Assembly (NCBI RefSeq): GCF_023055435.1
Contig: NW_025964112.1
Location: forward strand, 8,804,001 to 8,868,000
Reading direction: 5' to 3'
Source of the DNA: Haliotis rufescens
Taxonomy: Eukaryota
DNA: 64,000 nucleotides
Position 1 is the stretch's first letter; each line of letters opens with the position of its first letter. Both the position numbers and the translations under genes were made by a program. Positions 11,710 to 26,022 of the stretch are shown here, piece after piece. The notes beneath the pieces are model-generated. The model was given only the letters and a program-made list of their open reading frames with translations. It was not told the DNA's origin and did no database searches.

Positions 11710-13804
11710 TCACCCCTGAAATACTCCAACTCTCGAATATATAAGTGCGAGTACTGTCATTAACATTGAAGCCACACGTTTGCCAGCCCGGCTCTTGGGG
11801 ACGGGTGTGGTCGTCCTTCCCCCCTGCACACAGGGGGCGGGGACCTGGGATGACAGCAGGTGCGTGTACAGTTCAGCAGTGCTTGGACCACAGGATTCCA
11901 CAGAGGCTTTCATGCAGTCGGTGATGGTTTGGATGATACTGTTGGGTACAAAAAAAGTAAATTAGGTTCATACACTTTCAACACCTTACTCCATGTTCCA
12001 ATCTCGGGTCCCCGTGAAGATCCGTGTTAGAATTTGGGCTTTTCGTAAGACTATCGGGATCTGGTTGTTAGGCTCGCTGACTTGGTTGTCGCATGCCATC
12101 GTATCCTAATTGCGTAAATCGATTCTCATGATGTCAATCACTGGCTTGTCAATGTCGTGATGTTAAAGGGGATTGTACGTACATCAGAAATATACATATT
12201 TATGTTACTCCAAAATCAGCTGTAACTCAATGTACATTCTCTTGCCAAATACCCCGAGTTCTGTCTGATTGTTGACAACTTTTGGTATATCACTTGCCAG
12301 GGGATAAATCCAAGAACAGGTATTACGGCAGCTCGGTGGTTTACGACGACACACTATAGCTGCCAGAATCCGGTCGTTGTGTGTTCGAATCCCGGGTTTG
12401 AAAGCATTAGGACCGGGACACTGAGCACTGTTACACATTCATATTCAAGTTATAGAGTCTGGCCACCCTTTAGGACAATGGTGGACCAATCTTACAATGG
12501 AATCCCCACGGGTCTGTTTTATCGAAGCACTAACAGTACATTATTTACCATATTCACATAACTACAAAGCAGTAAGGAAACGTAAAACTTAAAATTGTTA
12601 TCCATAGAGTTGTTCGTTTACTTCTTACACACCAACCTCTAGAATGCCAATCAAACAGCTACAAAGCAGCACATGTTTTAATAATGCAATGGTCAGACAT
12701 ATCCTCAATCAACATTTTATCTATCTACCTGCATATTTGCTCGGGCGTGCTGGAATTAACCATCCATTTCTCACAGGTGCTCTGGTCGGCGTTCATCACA
12801 CAACCGGAGGCAAATTCTAGAAAAACAACATACGATAAACTCTAACTGGATGTCCAAATCTATGTCACTATTGTTCAATCAATTTTAAAGGTATTTTACG
12901 TTGATTGAAATTTTTTTTTCTTAAAGAAATACACAAACTAAAATCTGAACAACTAATAACTGAGCTACTATATGAAAAGTGCTACTGCGCTGTAGCTCAC
13001 CTGGATATGTAATTTATAATGCCAACAAAGACAGCCACAAAAATTAATATTTAAATATTTTCTGCTTAAATTCTAAACTCTGCATAAATACTGATTAAAA
13101 CAAAAGGTCAACGCCAGAGAATAACCAGTGTCGAATATCTAGCGAAGCATATCTAAATCTTCATGCCAAAGCAATGAACATTTGTGTTTTAGCGTTTGTA
13201 TTACACCTACTATCAAAATCCTTGTGTTCGCAAAATGAGGTCATTCCGAGAGTGGTAGAATGGGGGTCAGCAAACAGGTGTCGCTTGGACGGACTGCACT
13301 GTGTCAGGACAGCAAGGGTACAGCTGACAGCGTTATGGTAGGCCGACATGTTGCTGAGAAGGCAAATAAACAATGTTACATGAACAGAATCGGTAGGTAG
13401 AAACTATAAAATTGTCATAAGAAAGAAACCAGAAACCATGAAAAGCACCCCGTAGTGCAAGCATGCAATACCAGTTGCATTAAATGCTTTCAACCCCTAT
13501 TATATAAAAGATATATAAAAATCGGATTAAGAAAATGTCGTTCATTACGAACCCACTGTGTTCTTCGAGTATTATGTTATATTTTCAACATGACAATGTG
13601 ACTTTTACCTGCACATGTCTCTATGTCGGGACACTGTGAGACCTTTCAGTATGTAATCCGTTGTTTCTTCTGGTGATGACAACTGAGGCACTTCAAGGTA
13701 AAAACCTTGGTACAATAAGCAGTTAAGAGCTCCGTCCTGTATCCCTTTAGTCGTTGAACAGTCCACGCGGTGCGTATGTCTATTTGAGAGTTCAACTGTT
13801 GTAT
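11710..13804 (-). pseudogene. Gene B1: 5'-truncated duplicate of B2 (last four exons only)
   Basis: Exons 13804-13609, 13353-13211, 12816-12729, 11938-11710 match the last four B2 exons with intact frame. The exon equivalent to 29423-29308 is not present in 14200-14720, and homology to B2 ends at the junction near 14870, so no signal peptide or start is visible. Confidence 0.65.
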
Positions 13805-14870
13805 CTGTGGTCATAGGTCGCAAGGAATAATTATTCAAATGATTACAAATGTAACCTTCACAAATATCGACAAAACGCCGCGATTTTGCTTCATCTATCC
13901 CGAGAAGGGGGTGCCTAAGTGTCCTATCCCTAAATATCACTATGATGTTTTACATAAGGCAGTTTATGCATTTCATATTGTTTTCTCTGTAAACCTCAGA
14001 TTTCTTTTGATTTCATTTGTGAAACGGCTCATAATTGTTTGAAAGACTCATGAATGATGCAGATTATTTGTGACGCACAAAAGGAAAAGAACATGCATGT
14101 CTAGACATTATCTTGACTTTACCACAAAATGTTGAAATCGTACGCGCTGATTGTGTAACATTTCTTGAACTCTCTTATCAAAGTGGTCCAACACCTTTGC
14201 ACAACTTCCAGGAGCGATGAGATATTTCGATGATAACGAAAAAACAGTCCGTACTTATCTTTGTTTTCGTGTGTATGTAGTTAATTACATATGCCTATCT
14301 TGTGAATTGCGGGGTGTTGTTTCAGACTACGACACATCACGCTGCCGGTAATTCTTACTTCACGATAAGTGATAAGGAAACAGAGCACACACGCAAAGAT
14401 TACCATCTGTCAGTTCTAACAGTTCTACTCGCAACCTCGTCAGTGCTGCAAGGTTAAGCATTTGGTTTTCGAACATCCAACATTTACTTTATATTCCGTA
14501 TTTTAATACTGGACCTAAGTTCGGAACCAACAGGTACATTATGTAAGGAACACATAAGTAAAATACTAATGATACAATGTGCAATCAGTAGAAACAATAT
14601 GACAATTGTAACCTCACCTTCCTTTCGCAAAGAGAAATGCTGGTTCCACAGCCCCGTTTGATTATATGCTTTCAACGAATGATGTCTTGCTCTTTCCACG
14701 CAGCTTTGGACAGTGTTTTATGCCATATCACATAAATTTGTGAGGAAAGCACAAAGTGATGCAGATCCTAGACGTTTACTATTTCTGTAAAACCGGATAT
14801 AGTTTTGAGACAATCAGATACAGAACACAGCTCTTGATCAGGAGATTCTTGGATTCGAACCCATGATCCA

Positions 14871-16616
14871 TTTCATTTAATGTTAAGATATATGTTTCAC
14901 TCTCATCATCGTCAGATATAATAAAATCTTGCAAAATACCAGTTCTTGCATTTAAATCTCCTGCATGTATAATAGAAAGATCTTCAAATTTACAAAGTTT
15001 CTTAAGTAAACATTGCTCAAGATAATCAATACCTCTAACATCATGGATATCAGTCTTTGTTGGCGTAGTTTCAGGATGTACGTAAGAAAACAAAAGTAAA
15101 GTATCACGTGGTAAACCAAAAAATACGTGATCAAGTATTATAAATATACAGTCGGTACAAGTTAAATCAACATGTTTAACGCCTTTAAACAGTTCATATT
15201 TGACGAAAAGAGCGACACCACCTCTGGTATTGTATTCACGAAAGTTTATCATAATATTGTGATTGGGGAAGCTTTTTTTCATATCTTCTTCAGAACAGTT
15301 GCTCCAAATACCTGTTAAACAAAACAATTCAAATAAAGAGCAAAACCCAACGAAGGATTTGTCCTGCAACTTGCGATTCAAACCGTTAACGTTCCATGAC
15401 ATGAACGAAAAGTTTCTTCATTTACCGTTACAATCCACGGCCCGGCCGAGATCCCAGCTGTAAGCGCTACGCGCGGGTCCGCCCCCACCATGACCTCCAC
15501 GTGAACGAAACGCGGGACGGCCGCGGCCGCGACCTGCTCTGAATACCGTTCTTTCAATCTCAACTGGCCTTTCATTTTCAAAGTCTTATGTGAATACCTT
15601 TCCATTTTCATAAATCAGTTTATCAAATCTAAGCTTACATTTCTCACCAAGTGCCTTTGAATCATCCATTATTGTTTTTAACATTTTATGCTTATTTCTA
15701 ACGTTTTATGAATAGTCTTCCGAAATACTGTATGAAGTACCTTAGAGTCGTTTAGCATTTCTAAGGATAGACTATTTCGTACCATAGTCTCTTAATTTGA
15801 TATTGAGAGATTTACTGTTATTCAATCTATGACAACGTTCAATTGCCATATCTGAATCACCCATTTCCAGATTGTCCTTAATGATGTTACGTACTATATC
15901 TTCACAATCTGTCCATGTCTCTGATTGTTTCTCTTTCACAACACCGTGGAATAGCAGATTATTTTTACGGCTTTGGTTTTCTATATAGTCCAGTTTGTCT
16001 GTGACTGAAGACAGTGTTGTGTTGATTTTAGGGTACCGTTTTCTTCCTCGAGTTTGTTACATCTCACAGACAGGGCGTTAACGTTGCCTGTAAGAGAGTT
16101 AATCGACTTTGGCAGATACATTCTTTATCTCGGATAGAAGCTTTTCAAAGTCTGAAGTTTCACATTCCTGACCCGATGTCAACTTGAGCTGTTTCGTGTT
16201 GGTTGTACTGTTACGGGTTTCAGGTCCTGGGTTAGGTTCGACGCCAGAACGCAGCAGTAAACCGATATGATACTCAACACTTTATATGAAGTCGAAACAT
16301 CATCTCGAGCTGTACTTATTGTAGCTTTTGATAAATCTGCAGGGTGTTGAGGTAGTAATCCTGATGCTCTCTGGACCAGATGATACGACGTATCCGGAAC
16401 AGAGAGAAAATTTTGGCAGAAGTGTATCCTAAATTCGTGACATGTAAACAATGTCGAGGTATCCGTTTTGGGGAATGGATATGGGGTCTGCTGATGTGGT
16501 TCTGTGTGGAATGGGAACGAGTCGGCAAGTGATAGTATTGCGGTTGAAAGTGTTGTTGATATGACCCATAATGAAGTGAGTAACACCGTCGTGAGCGTCA
16601 CTCGGTAAGCCAGGTC
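14871..16616 (-). mobile_element. Degenerate LINE (CR1/L2-like): ORF1 + APE endonuclease start of ORF2, 3'-truncated
   Basis: ORF 14779-15402 has APE motifs SWNVNGL, GGVALFVK, AGDLNARTG. Upstream are L1/CR1-type ORF1 motifs (SRKNNLLF, AIERCHRL, ISEDYS) and LRSGVEPNPGP, with frameshifts. Confidence 0.85.
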
Positions 16617-17403
16617 TGTAAATGGCATTTGAAACTTTTTCGGAACATGCGTTTAGTGTACATTGAATTGCAAAGTCGGAGAAAATTCATATATAATTCG
16701 TTGATCATTGATATACCTGAAGCTAAAGTTAAATTCGGAGGAGAAATTCCGATTCATGTGCGTAAAGAAACAAATCCGCAAGAAGGGGGGCACAATCGGT
16801 GCCCGTGGAGATGCCTACTTCTTGCCTAAAATGTCTTACCCCCACATTTTACATAGATTTCATCAATGATGATGTCCACCTTTTCACATATTGTTTTCTC
16901 AGTAAACTTCAGATGACATTTGCTGTCATTTTTGACAAATTGTGCTGACCTCAAAGATAGATATGCAATTCTATCAATGGTCACCATGTTTTGTAACAAA
17001 ACCCCTATGGATCAAGGAATGAAGTTTTCCTAAGTTTTGACAGAATTGAACTTGATTCTTATCTGAGATTGTAAAAAGTCAAGCAAATCCTTTGAGTTTT
17101 AGAGAATCCACATTAATAATTCCACTTCCTTATTGTATGAAGGATAATGGTTAATCTTCAAGACAGGAATTTGGTGGTACATTTGCTGTACCCAGAGATA
17201 TATCTCTCTTTGTACAGAAACAAATGTTTCTAGTTCAACGCACACTGTCTTGCACAATACCTTTTATCTATTTTGAGAGTATGCCATGATTGTATTCAGG
17301 CAGATGTTACAGGCGACACGGATTCCCACGTGGGTGTGTATCAAGCCCTGCATATAATATAAGTGCAGGGAAACGTGTATGTTCATTATAAGCGCTGGCA
17401 ACC

Positions 17404-20400
17404 ATGAGGCTCTTGTTCCTGTTCGTGTTCCTGCTGTTTTCGATGGTTTCCGGTAAGTTTATTTACGTCTCTGCCTTTTGAATAGTAAAATGGTTAAATG
17501 GGATATTCACTCCATAAACTGGACGACGTGGTGTCATCCAGTTTTATTAATCTGTTGTTACTATTCGCTAGATACTGGGTCCTTGGGGTGCTTGGAGAGT
17601 CTATAGGATTTTGCTTTTGCTGAAATAATGGATCATGCAAACACGAACACTATGATTTATGATTGTAACATATATTTCTCATCTAATTTGGGGCGGTGGA
17701 GTAGCGTGGTGGTTGAAGCGTTCGCTCGTCACGCCGAAGATCCGGGTCTGATTCATCACATGGGTACGATATGTGAAGCCCATTTCTGGTGTCCCTTGCC
17801 ATGATATTGCTGGAATATTGCTAAAAGCGGCGTAAAACCAAACATACTCACTCACTCATCTTATTCGTGTTATACTGAGAACATCTTTGGTGTTATGGCG
17901 ACTGAAACTCGAACCCTACCATTTTCTTGCGTAACCCGGCACACCCTGTACCATCGCAAAACGTGATACAAATTTGCAAATCTCTCGAGCACTAATATAT
18001 CTGTTTCTGCCTGTGAAAGCTGAATTTTTAATTCGAGGATGTTGATTTTGCAATAAGCGAGAACAAATTAGAAGAACTCATTGAATAATTTTCCAGGGAA
18101 GAATGGAACCTCAGATGTGATCGATTTCTCCCAACTAGTAAACTGCAGCGATCTACAATCTGTGTTTTTAATTGAACAAAAGTGTTTTGAAGAAAACGGC
18201 GTCACCTTCAAACTTCCATCCTTAAGCGAAATCAACAACTCGTCCGGAGCTGCAGTATTTTCTTCGATAACCCCAGGTTATTTAGATGACATGTGTAGGT
18301 TAGTATGAACAATTCCTTTAATAACACTTTAATAACATCAACAATCATACTTCATGCTACTATTAATGATGATTGTGGCATTGGAATAGCGAAAAACAAG
18401 ATCAAATGATAATGATAATTGAAATACTACCATTATGATTTTAGTGCAGTGACTGATGTTTTAAGCCGCAGTCAAGGATGCCCAAGTATCAATGTATGAA
18501 GTCGAATATTGACCGGGCAATCTGGTGACTGGCGTTGTTGATGCATGTCATCGAATCCCAATTGTTCATGCTGTAAATCAGCTTGATGGTTTAGGCTCGA
18601 TTATTTGAAGACTGCCACCCTAAAGCTGGAATATTGCAAATGTCAATAAAATCAGACATCCCAATAGGTTCATGTCAGAACGACCTTTCATCCCATCAAT
18701 CAGTTAACCAGATCGGGAAAGTGACAGTTGGAAAGTGTTTTCTGAACATGCAAATGGTTAATACGAGGTATTCCGAACGACAGTAAAGGGCTGTACGACT
18801 GATTCCATAAAAAGATCGTCTTCGTCTCGCTTTAAAGGATAATAAACATATGAAAATGACTTTAACAGAAGAGAATTGACTATAGCCCGTAGGAAGTACT
18901 TGACAATTAATGGGATGACCTGAGAGCTCTGTTTAGCGGTTGGTATATTGCTAAGTGTGGTGCTAAACAACAAACAAAAACACAGAGTAGTATTTGACAT
19001 TAACCCTGCTCGAACGACAGTATGGTTGTGTATGTTTCTGCAATTGCGCATCTTTTGATAATATGATACAGAATATATGATACATTCAACTTTTTTATAA
19101 CATTGTTGCAAAACATACGAAATGATTCTCGTTCACGTTGTCCATGTAATAACATTGTCATTTGACGAAACGTTGAGGAATCTTGACAGTTATGGGAAGG
19201 CCGCTGTTTGTGTTGGTAACATAAACAGGAAGTGTTTTAAACAGACCGATACGGATACGACGGCAGACACGATAAAGAAGAGCCAAGAATATATCTGCGC
19301 CAACAAGGACAGTGAGTATAGCGTAATTGTTAACCACTGACAAAGGAATTGGACACAATTGTCACCGGAACCCATCCGTTATGTCAGTAATAGACTATAG
19401 TAAACGCCAGAGAATAAACAGTCTTGATTATCAGCTCGAACAGATTCAATTGGTCTTAAATCACCTCTGATAATGTGACATGTATCAGTGTTACGAAGTT
19501 TCCAACATGAAACGCAAAGCTAATCCTAAAAATGGATTTGTACAAGCTAAAATTGTGAAATAAGTAAATGACCAAACATGATTAATGTATTTTATTCAAA
19601 AATACAGTTTTATGTTTACAATCAAAACAGGCAGTACAATGGTCAAACAAATGGCAATAGCAGTAAGTATCAGGCCTCACAATATATTTCCGAGCACTCA
19701 CGAATGTCCAGAAAATTTCAGTCGAATGTCGTTAAACAATGCTGCCTCTATTTTAGAATTCAAAATGATTTTGGAATTCGGTAATTTCAGATAGGTATCC
19801 CGTCTGTACTTGATAGGTAGATAAAATGCAAGACAAGTTGTAAAAGACCTCGAATCGCACTCTTGTCGCTCTTATATAGGTACAACCACCCTTTTAGAAA
19901 CTGTCCAAGCTCAAGCCTTTGGTGTCTACATTTCACAACTTGTTGTACAATCGAGCATGCTCTTTCCTTCAAAGAACGTTATGCGACCCTTTTGCAAACT
20001 TGTTTGATCAAGGTTACAACATTCAAGGCCTCATTAAAGCTTTCCAAAGCCGTCCTCTTTCCTTTCTGGTTACCATAAAAAATTATGTTGTAAGCTGATT
20101 AACTCGTGTCGAAAGTTACTGTTGTATCCCTCCAACATATTTCAAACCATAAAAGGGACATTGAAAGCCACAGATGCGTTTTTAGTTCGAAATGTCAAAT
20201 CTTCAAAACGTTTTGTGCAGGATGTATTAGATGTAAAGTTGGATTGAATTCAGGACTAGTTATCAAAACAGGATATGTTTTGAAATTTTTGAACCATGTA
20301 AGATGTGTTCGAAAGAAAAATGTTCGACATACTTGGCTGAAATATATTGTTTATTGATAAACCTCGATAACTCGACCTTCATAAACTGAATAAATTTTTC

Positions 20401-23400
20401 AAGGGGGATGTACAAGTCCTTTTGGCTCTGTGAAATCAAATCACTCGAAACTACAACCAGCTCTATATATAGTACTTCGAGAAATGAGGTTTCTCGGTGC
20501 ACTAATTCATTTTATTGATGTCAATTTGGTTTCCACCTTAGATGTTAAGAAACTTGCTATCTTTTTTAACTTTAGCATAAGCATCCGTAAGAACTTACAC
20601 CAGTACATAAATAAAACAGTACTGTTTTTATCATCCCCGGCTATCAAGTTGTTTAACTATTAAGTACGTCATTGTTCCTCAAGAGTTCAACTTTACCTGC
20701 ATGGTCGAAGTGATGCCTAAATTGAGGGACTGTTCCGATGCTAGAAGTTACATGACCACCAACGATAACCTTAACCTCAACTTTACTGAGCAGATGGACA
20801 AGCTAGGTTGTATGTGAGTAACTTGTCGTCAAATACTAGTATCCTTCTTTAAAATGATACAAACCGTGTGCGTGAGTGCGTGTATTTGTCTCATGACCAC
20901 CATTCTTAGTTTTTATGGAAGTTCACAGGCAGGAATTGTGTAATTCACATCAGGCCTGATTAAAAGATTATTAGATTCTTGCTTTCCTTTTTTCCCCCAA
21001 TAGTCGTACATGGTATCACAAAAGGCTGATTGATATCCATGAACAGGTTCTTCCGATATTTACTTTTTCCCCAAAACTATAAAACATCGAATCTTTGACA
21101 TTCCATCATTAGCAACTAGAAGATATCAACCTCATTAAGTCTTTACATGAAATACATTACATTACAATACCAAATCCGTTGAAAGTTAATTTGATGTGTC
21201 TTATACATGAAACAGAGCTATAACCCCTCACAATCTAATCAAAATCTTAATTATATTTAAGGTTGATTTCATTTGAATTATCTATGTCAGGTCAGCACAG
21301 ATGTCGTCGCTATGTGCCCGAAAGTACATGTCAGCCTGTGGCGAGGCCTCACTACATTTCTATGAAACAGACGGGCTAAACAGCACAGACTGCTCGTCAT
21401 TTGCTACAGGTTCGTCACAACAGGACTGACAGACATCCTCACACACATATGATCAGTAAAACAGCAGATGGATTAAGGAGATGTAGTTGTGTGCAAAGGC
21501 TATTAATGAACATTATATTAACTCTGTTGTGTGTTGAGTAAAGTTGTAAATAATTAAATATAGTTACTAGTATATACGATCTACAGCCCGAACGTTAAAC
21601 TGTACCTGTCATACTCATAGGGATGCTGGCGACGGACCATTATATATTCAACCTTTCTCAAAACCTAACTGTCATATCATTTTGGTGTTATTTGACTGTA
21701 AAACATTCTTATTCATTTATTGTTGCAAGAGCTTTTAGATCGATGATCATGATGTCAGTCGGTGGATTATCTGTTCGAGAATCGATTTGTTACAGACCGC
21801 CATCATATAGCTGGAATATTCTGAGTGCGGCGTTAAACAACAATAAACAAACAGATAAACAAACAAGCAATATATTCTGAAATAAAGAAATTAAGTAAGT
21901 CAGATCACTGGTATTTGCAATGTGCATACACATTTTCTGGTCGTTTCATCGAGTACGTTTGGGAATCATTTATAAATACATGTACCATGTACCATGGCAT
22001 ATTCCTGCGACTTGATATTAATTCATTGACTTCCGTCAGGCCCAGACATCACCAGCGTGGACTGTTCCACCACTGAAAACATCCGAAGCAGCTACTATCA
22101 ATGCTTAATGTACAACAGTGTATTGCTAGATGTCCCAAAGCAACTAACAAGTGAAGGCACAAGCCATTACATTATGAACGCTATGGCAATGAGTGAAAGC
22201 AAGACGATGTGCAGGTATATGTATTTTTAAGAAATCGCTTACTACCACCTCGAACTCCTGTAGTTACAAGTGTCTGTTTTCAATATCAATATAAAACATC
22301 AAAGCCAAAGAATAACCAGTCTCGAGTATCCATTGGACAAAAAAGGCAAGATAGCAGTTGAAATTATATGAATGGATCACGGAAAATCAGACATCGTGGG
22401 TAAGGGATTGATCAATATTAACAGTTTTACAAATTTAAAGTAAAGTTCTGTTTACTTATGTGCAAGAATTTAGGGCATGGTTATCCATCCGTAAAGAAGC
22501 GGAATTTCACATGCGCACAGAAAATAGCCAATCTTCACGAGGCAAGAGAGTTAACTGACTATAAAAGTCCAGTTTCCACTTTTAAAGCCAGTTAACCCTC
22601 TTGCCTCGGGAAGATGAAAATAGCGCGGCATAGATCTTAAAGTCTCCAAAATATATTTCTCCATTTTCAGAGTTCCTTTTAAATTTACGTATATAGAAAA
22701 ATAAATATCTTAATCTTTTATCAACCAGTAACATTATTTGTCAATTGTATGTTATTACAAAACTTTAAGAATTGTATTATTCGAATGTACATCTAATTCA
22801 TGCTTCGGAAATACTTATTTTGAGAACTTTTAAAATCCCTTTGCTTCCATTTACTATCTTCCGAATTTTCTTATGTAGAACTGATGCAAGCATTTTAGAC
22901 ATTTGAGAAAATATAGTACCAAACAAGCAGGTGAGCTACGTTTTTATGAGACAATACTATTGAGCATTTTTACACCAGGCACAGTTGACTGATATCAAAT
23001 GATTTTCAAAAAGGGCACATTAAAGGGAACGTGAAGTTATTTCAGAAGCAACTATCCCAGCATGAATTATAAATGACTAAATAGTACGTGTTACATACAC
23101 AGAATATACATAAACATACAGCGAGCTCCATAAGTTACGTTCTATATCATACAGTAATCTGAAGAACTACCAGCTTACAGTGAACTGTGTGTAACATACA
23201 CAGAATATACATAAACATACAGCGTGCTTCATAAGTTACGTTCTATATCATACAGTAATATGAAGAACTACCAGCTGACAGTGAACTGTGTGTAACATAC
23301 ACAGAATATACATAAACATACAGCGTGCTTCATAAGTTACGTTCTATATCATACAGTAATCTGAAGAACTACCAGCTGGCAGTGAACTGTACTCTGTGGG

Positions 23401-25324
23401 TACAGGAGCAGTGCAGTGACCACGTGACAAAGCCGATGGTGGCCGACTCCCAGACAGTGCAGGACGGCTTGGCTAAACTCTGCGGCCACATTGGGGGTGA
23501 GATATACGGCAAAATGTCCATCCGTTATTTATACGTGTATGTCTTTGTTGAGACTCGAGACGCAACATTCAAGTTCCATTATTATACTTGTGTAGTGGTT
23601 GGCATTTTCATTTTTTTTTAAAACCCGGTGAGATTTGAAAGTCATTTTGAAAGTATACAGCCCATGGATACTATATATTTATTTTATTTCAAACTTGTAT
23701 ATATTAATTTAAATCCGGGATATAAAGTCATACATGTCTTCGATATTTAGACGTCTTGAAGGTGGAATTCTTAAAACGGCGACGTTTAAATTTAAAAATG
23801 AAGAACTATGTATATTTTAGAAAAGGCATTCATTTTTATTTAATTCAAAGTTGTATGTTTTTTATTTCAGAATGATGTAGTGAATCTTTCTTATAATTGT
23901 CTGTTCTTAGATTTCGACACTCAGTGTGTACAGAATGCACCTAAAGCAGCATGCGGCAGTGGCCATGGACTCCAAGCTTTGGATTCAACTAGCCCAGGAC
24001 ACCTGTGCGCGTAAGTAAATTTCATCAGAGATCTTTCGGTTCAAAGACACCGTGACGGTCTGAAGAATACTCACTACTTTATTAAATATTTCTATGTTAG
24101 ATCAATGGTGTATTCACGTGGATAATAGGTAAAGAAGTTACATGCATGTGTTAAGCTGCAAACAATATAACAGGCTCTACCCTGTTTACAACCCACAAAC
24201 AAATGGACTGGTCCTAAAGTGTCACTGGTAGTCCATGAGGATATCACAGTATGACTGAAGGCAACTTTAATCGGGCTGAACTCAGTAATATTCCATCTAG
24301 ATGCATTAACCGGGGACCTATAAATAGTCGTGGTCAGTCAGACCAGTGGTTGATAGCATGAATAAAAATCCACGCCTGGAGTGCATGATGAAGCACAATC
24401 ACCAAGGTGACACACTATAACCACCAGTTGTTCATTAAGTTTCTGACACCCATAGTATATATTGTAGCAAAACAAATAAAAGCGACCCTATGGATAACCA
24501 TACGAATTCTCTATTAAAAGTAATGTCCATTGTGATATGGTTATGAATAACTAGTGATGATGACAGTTGTTCCCGATGTGATCGTATCTGTTCCACCAAT
24601 GTCACCCGTCACAAACACGTGCAATGGAAAGTCAATGGTTGAGTGGAATTGTTTCGGAAATGTCTTCCACAAGTCTATCAAACACATTTTAAAAGCTTTA
24701 CTAAGGTCTTTAATGTTGCAACCCTGATGGAACAACTTATGTGCATGAGTCGTATGAAGATTTATTCAATCTTCGAACGAAAGCGTTAGCATAAACATTT
24801 TAAAAGCTTTACGTAGGCCTTGAATGTTGTTACCCTCATGTGTAGGAGTCTGAACCTTTATTCAATCTTCAAACGAAGGAGATGGACCAGCTCCTGTAAA
24901 ACGTGTACTAACGGTAATACAGGACATGTGTTCCCTTTACGCGAACACCTTGTGTCATCTCTGACTCAGTATGATACTTTCAAATAAGTTTCACTTTTTG
25001 CCTTTTGCGCTTCATTGAATATGTCCATAATCCAGACTGGTTATTACCTGGTATTTACGTTTTCTTATTCACCAAGCTTTTAATAAGTGTCAAGAGTTTT
25101 CAGATTCCTTGCGCTTTTTTTATATATGATATTTCTACTCAGAATTGTATATGGTAACTCTGGAAGTGTTTTTGCTTGTTTTCAGTGCCACTAGTGCCGC
25201 CCAGAAGTGTCTGGTGTCGGCAGTGAGAGGCTGCAGCAAGACGACCGTCAGCATGTACGAAGACCTCCTGCGTAGCCAATCGCCGTCTGTGTGTCTGACC
25301 GCTGGGTCAGTCGTAATTGGCTGA
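17404..25324 (+). CDS. Gene A2: tandem paralog (or allele) of A1, secreted Cys-rich protein, 395 aa
   Basis: Exons 17404-17452, 18097-18298, 19178-19311, 20684-20813, 21291-21409, 22040-22214, 23357-23496, 23911-24010, 25186-25324. Same lengths and phases as A1, all 24 Cys kept, no stops or frameshifts. The exon 3 acceptor is GAG rather than CAG. Confidence 0.83.
23088..23390 (+). repeat. Same 101-bp repeat, 3 units, in A2
   Basis: Exon starts at 23155, 23256, 23357. Confidence 0.95.
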
Positions 25325-26022
25325 TGTAGATTATCAGTTACAGCTTCACGTAGCTTAAAGGGAGATTAAATATGTTCAAATATCTACATCGAAGTTGTTA
25401 TAAGGTTTGTTATTCCTGTGTTTTTCTGATTTGTCCAGGTATTTTGCAATGTTATCCTATGTTATTGACAGTGTAATTAGAAGTGTAATATTTTTCAAAC
25501 ATGACCTTCTGAGGATAAAAATCAAGAAAATACCCGAGAGTTATATGTTATAAGTAATTATTGGCTGTAGTTTGACTTAAGATAACCACAGAACAAGAAT
25601 TCAGTCTCTGATCGGGTTCTGTGCTAGCTGATAACACAAACAAATATTAATATGAGGTTGGTAAATAAAGCGACAGAACCTTTACCATATCCAATATAAA
25701 TCTCTGCATAAAGCAAAGTCAATTATACAATTCCGATCATATCATGAGTATGTGTTTATGAATCACTATAAAATAGTAATGATACCAGGCGTTCGCGAAA
25801 AGGTGAGCATATCCTGCCCCACCGGGGGCACCCGTCACAAACACATGCAAAGGCAACTCAATTTGTAAGTTCGATCAAAATGTACTATGACGTCACAGCT
25901 CGAAAATGACGTGAAAGCCCCTTGAACCGTTGTCAAATTTGTATGTGTTGAGTTTGTAACGTATTTTAAGAAACTAAAAGAAAATAGAACAAAAGAAAGT
26001 CCACATTCAGGTTGTTCGGGTT

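Larger units (their letters stand above)
1..14870 (+). repeat. Segmental tandem duplication, copy 1 (starts before the window)
   Basis: Position 1 aligns to 15561. Colinear high-identity match continues to ~14870 vs ~29590, with copy-specific indels. Confidence 0.92.

Noticed and set aside
12325-12400. tRNA-like sequence with GTTCGAATCCC (also ~31310-31430 minus and ~29570-29660 minus)
   Set aside because: A/B boxes without a complete cloverleaf; best read as SINE heads.
13805-14260. Possible extra B exons (RDRTLRHPLLG..., RCWTTLIREFKKC...)
   Set aside because: No clear acceptor for the upstream piece, no 3-Cys pattern, and one joining gives TAG in copy 2. The phase-1 acceptor at 13804/28724 fits the family grammar.
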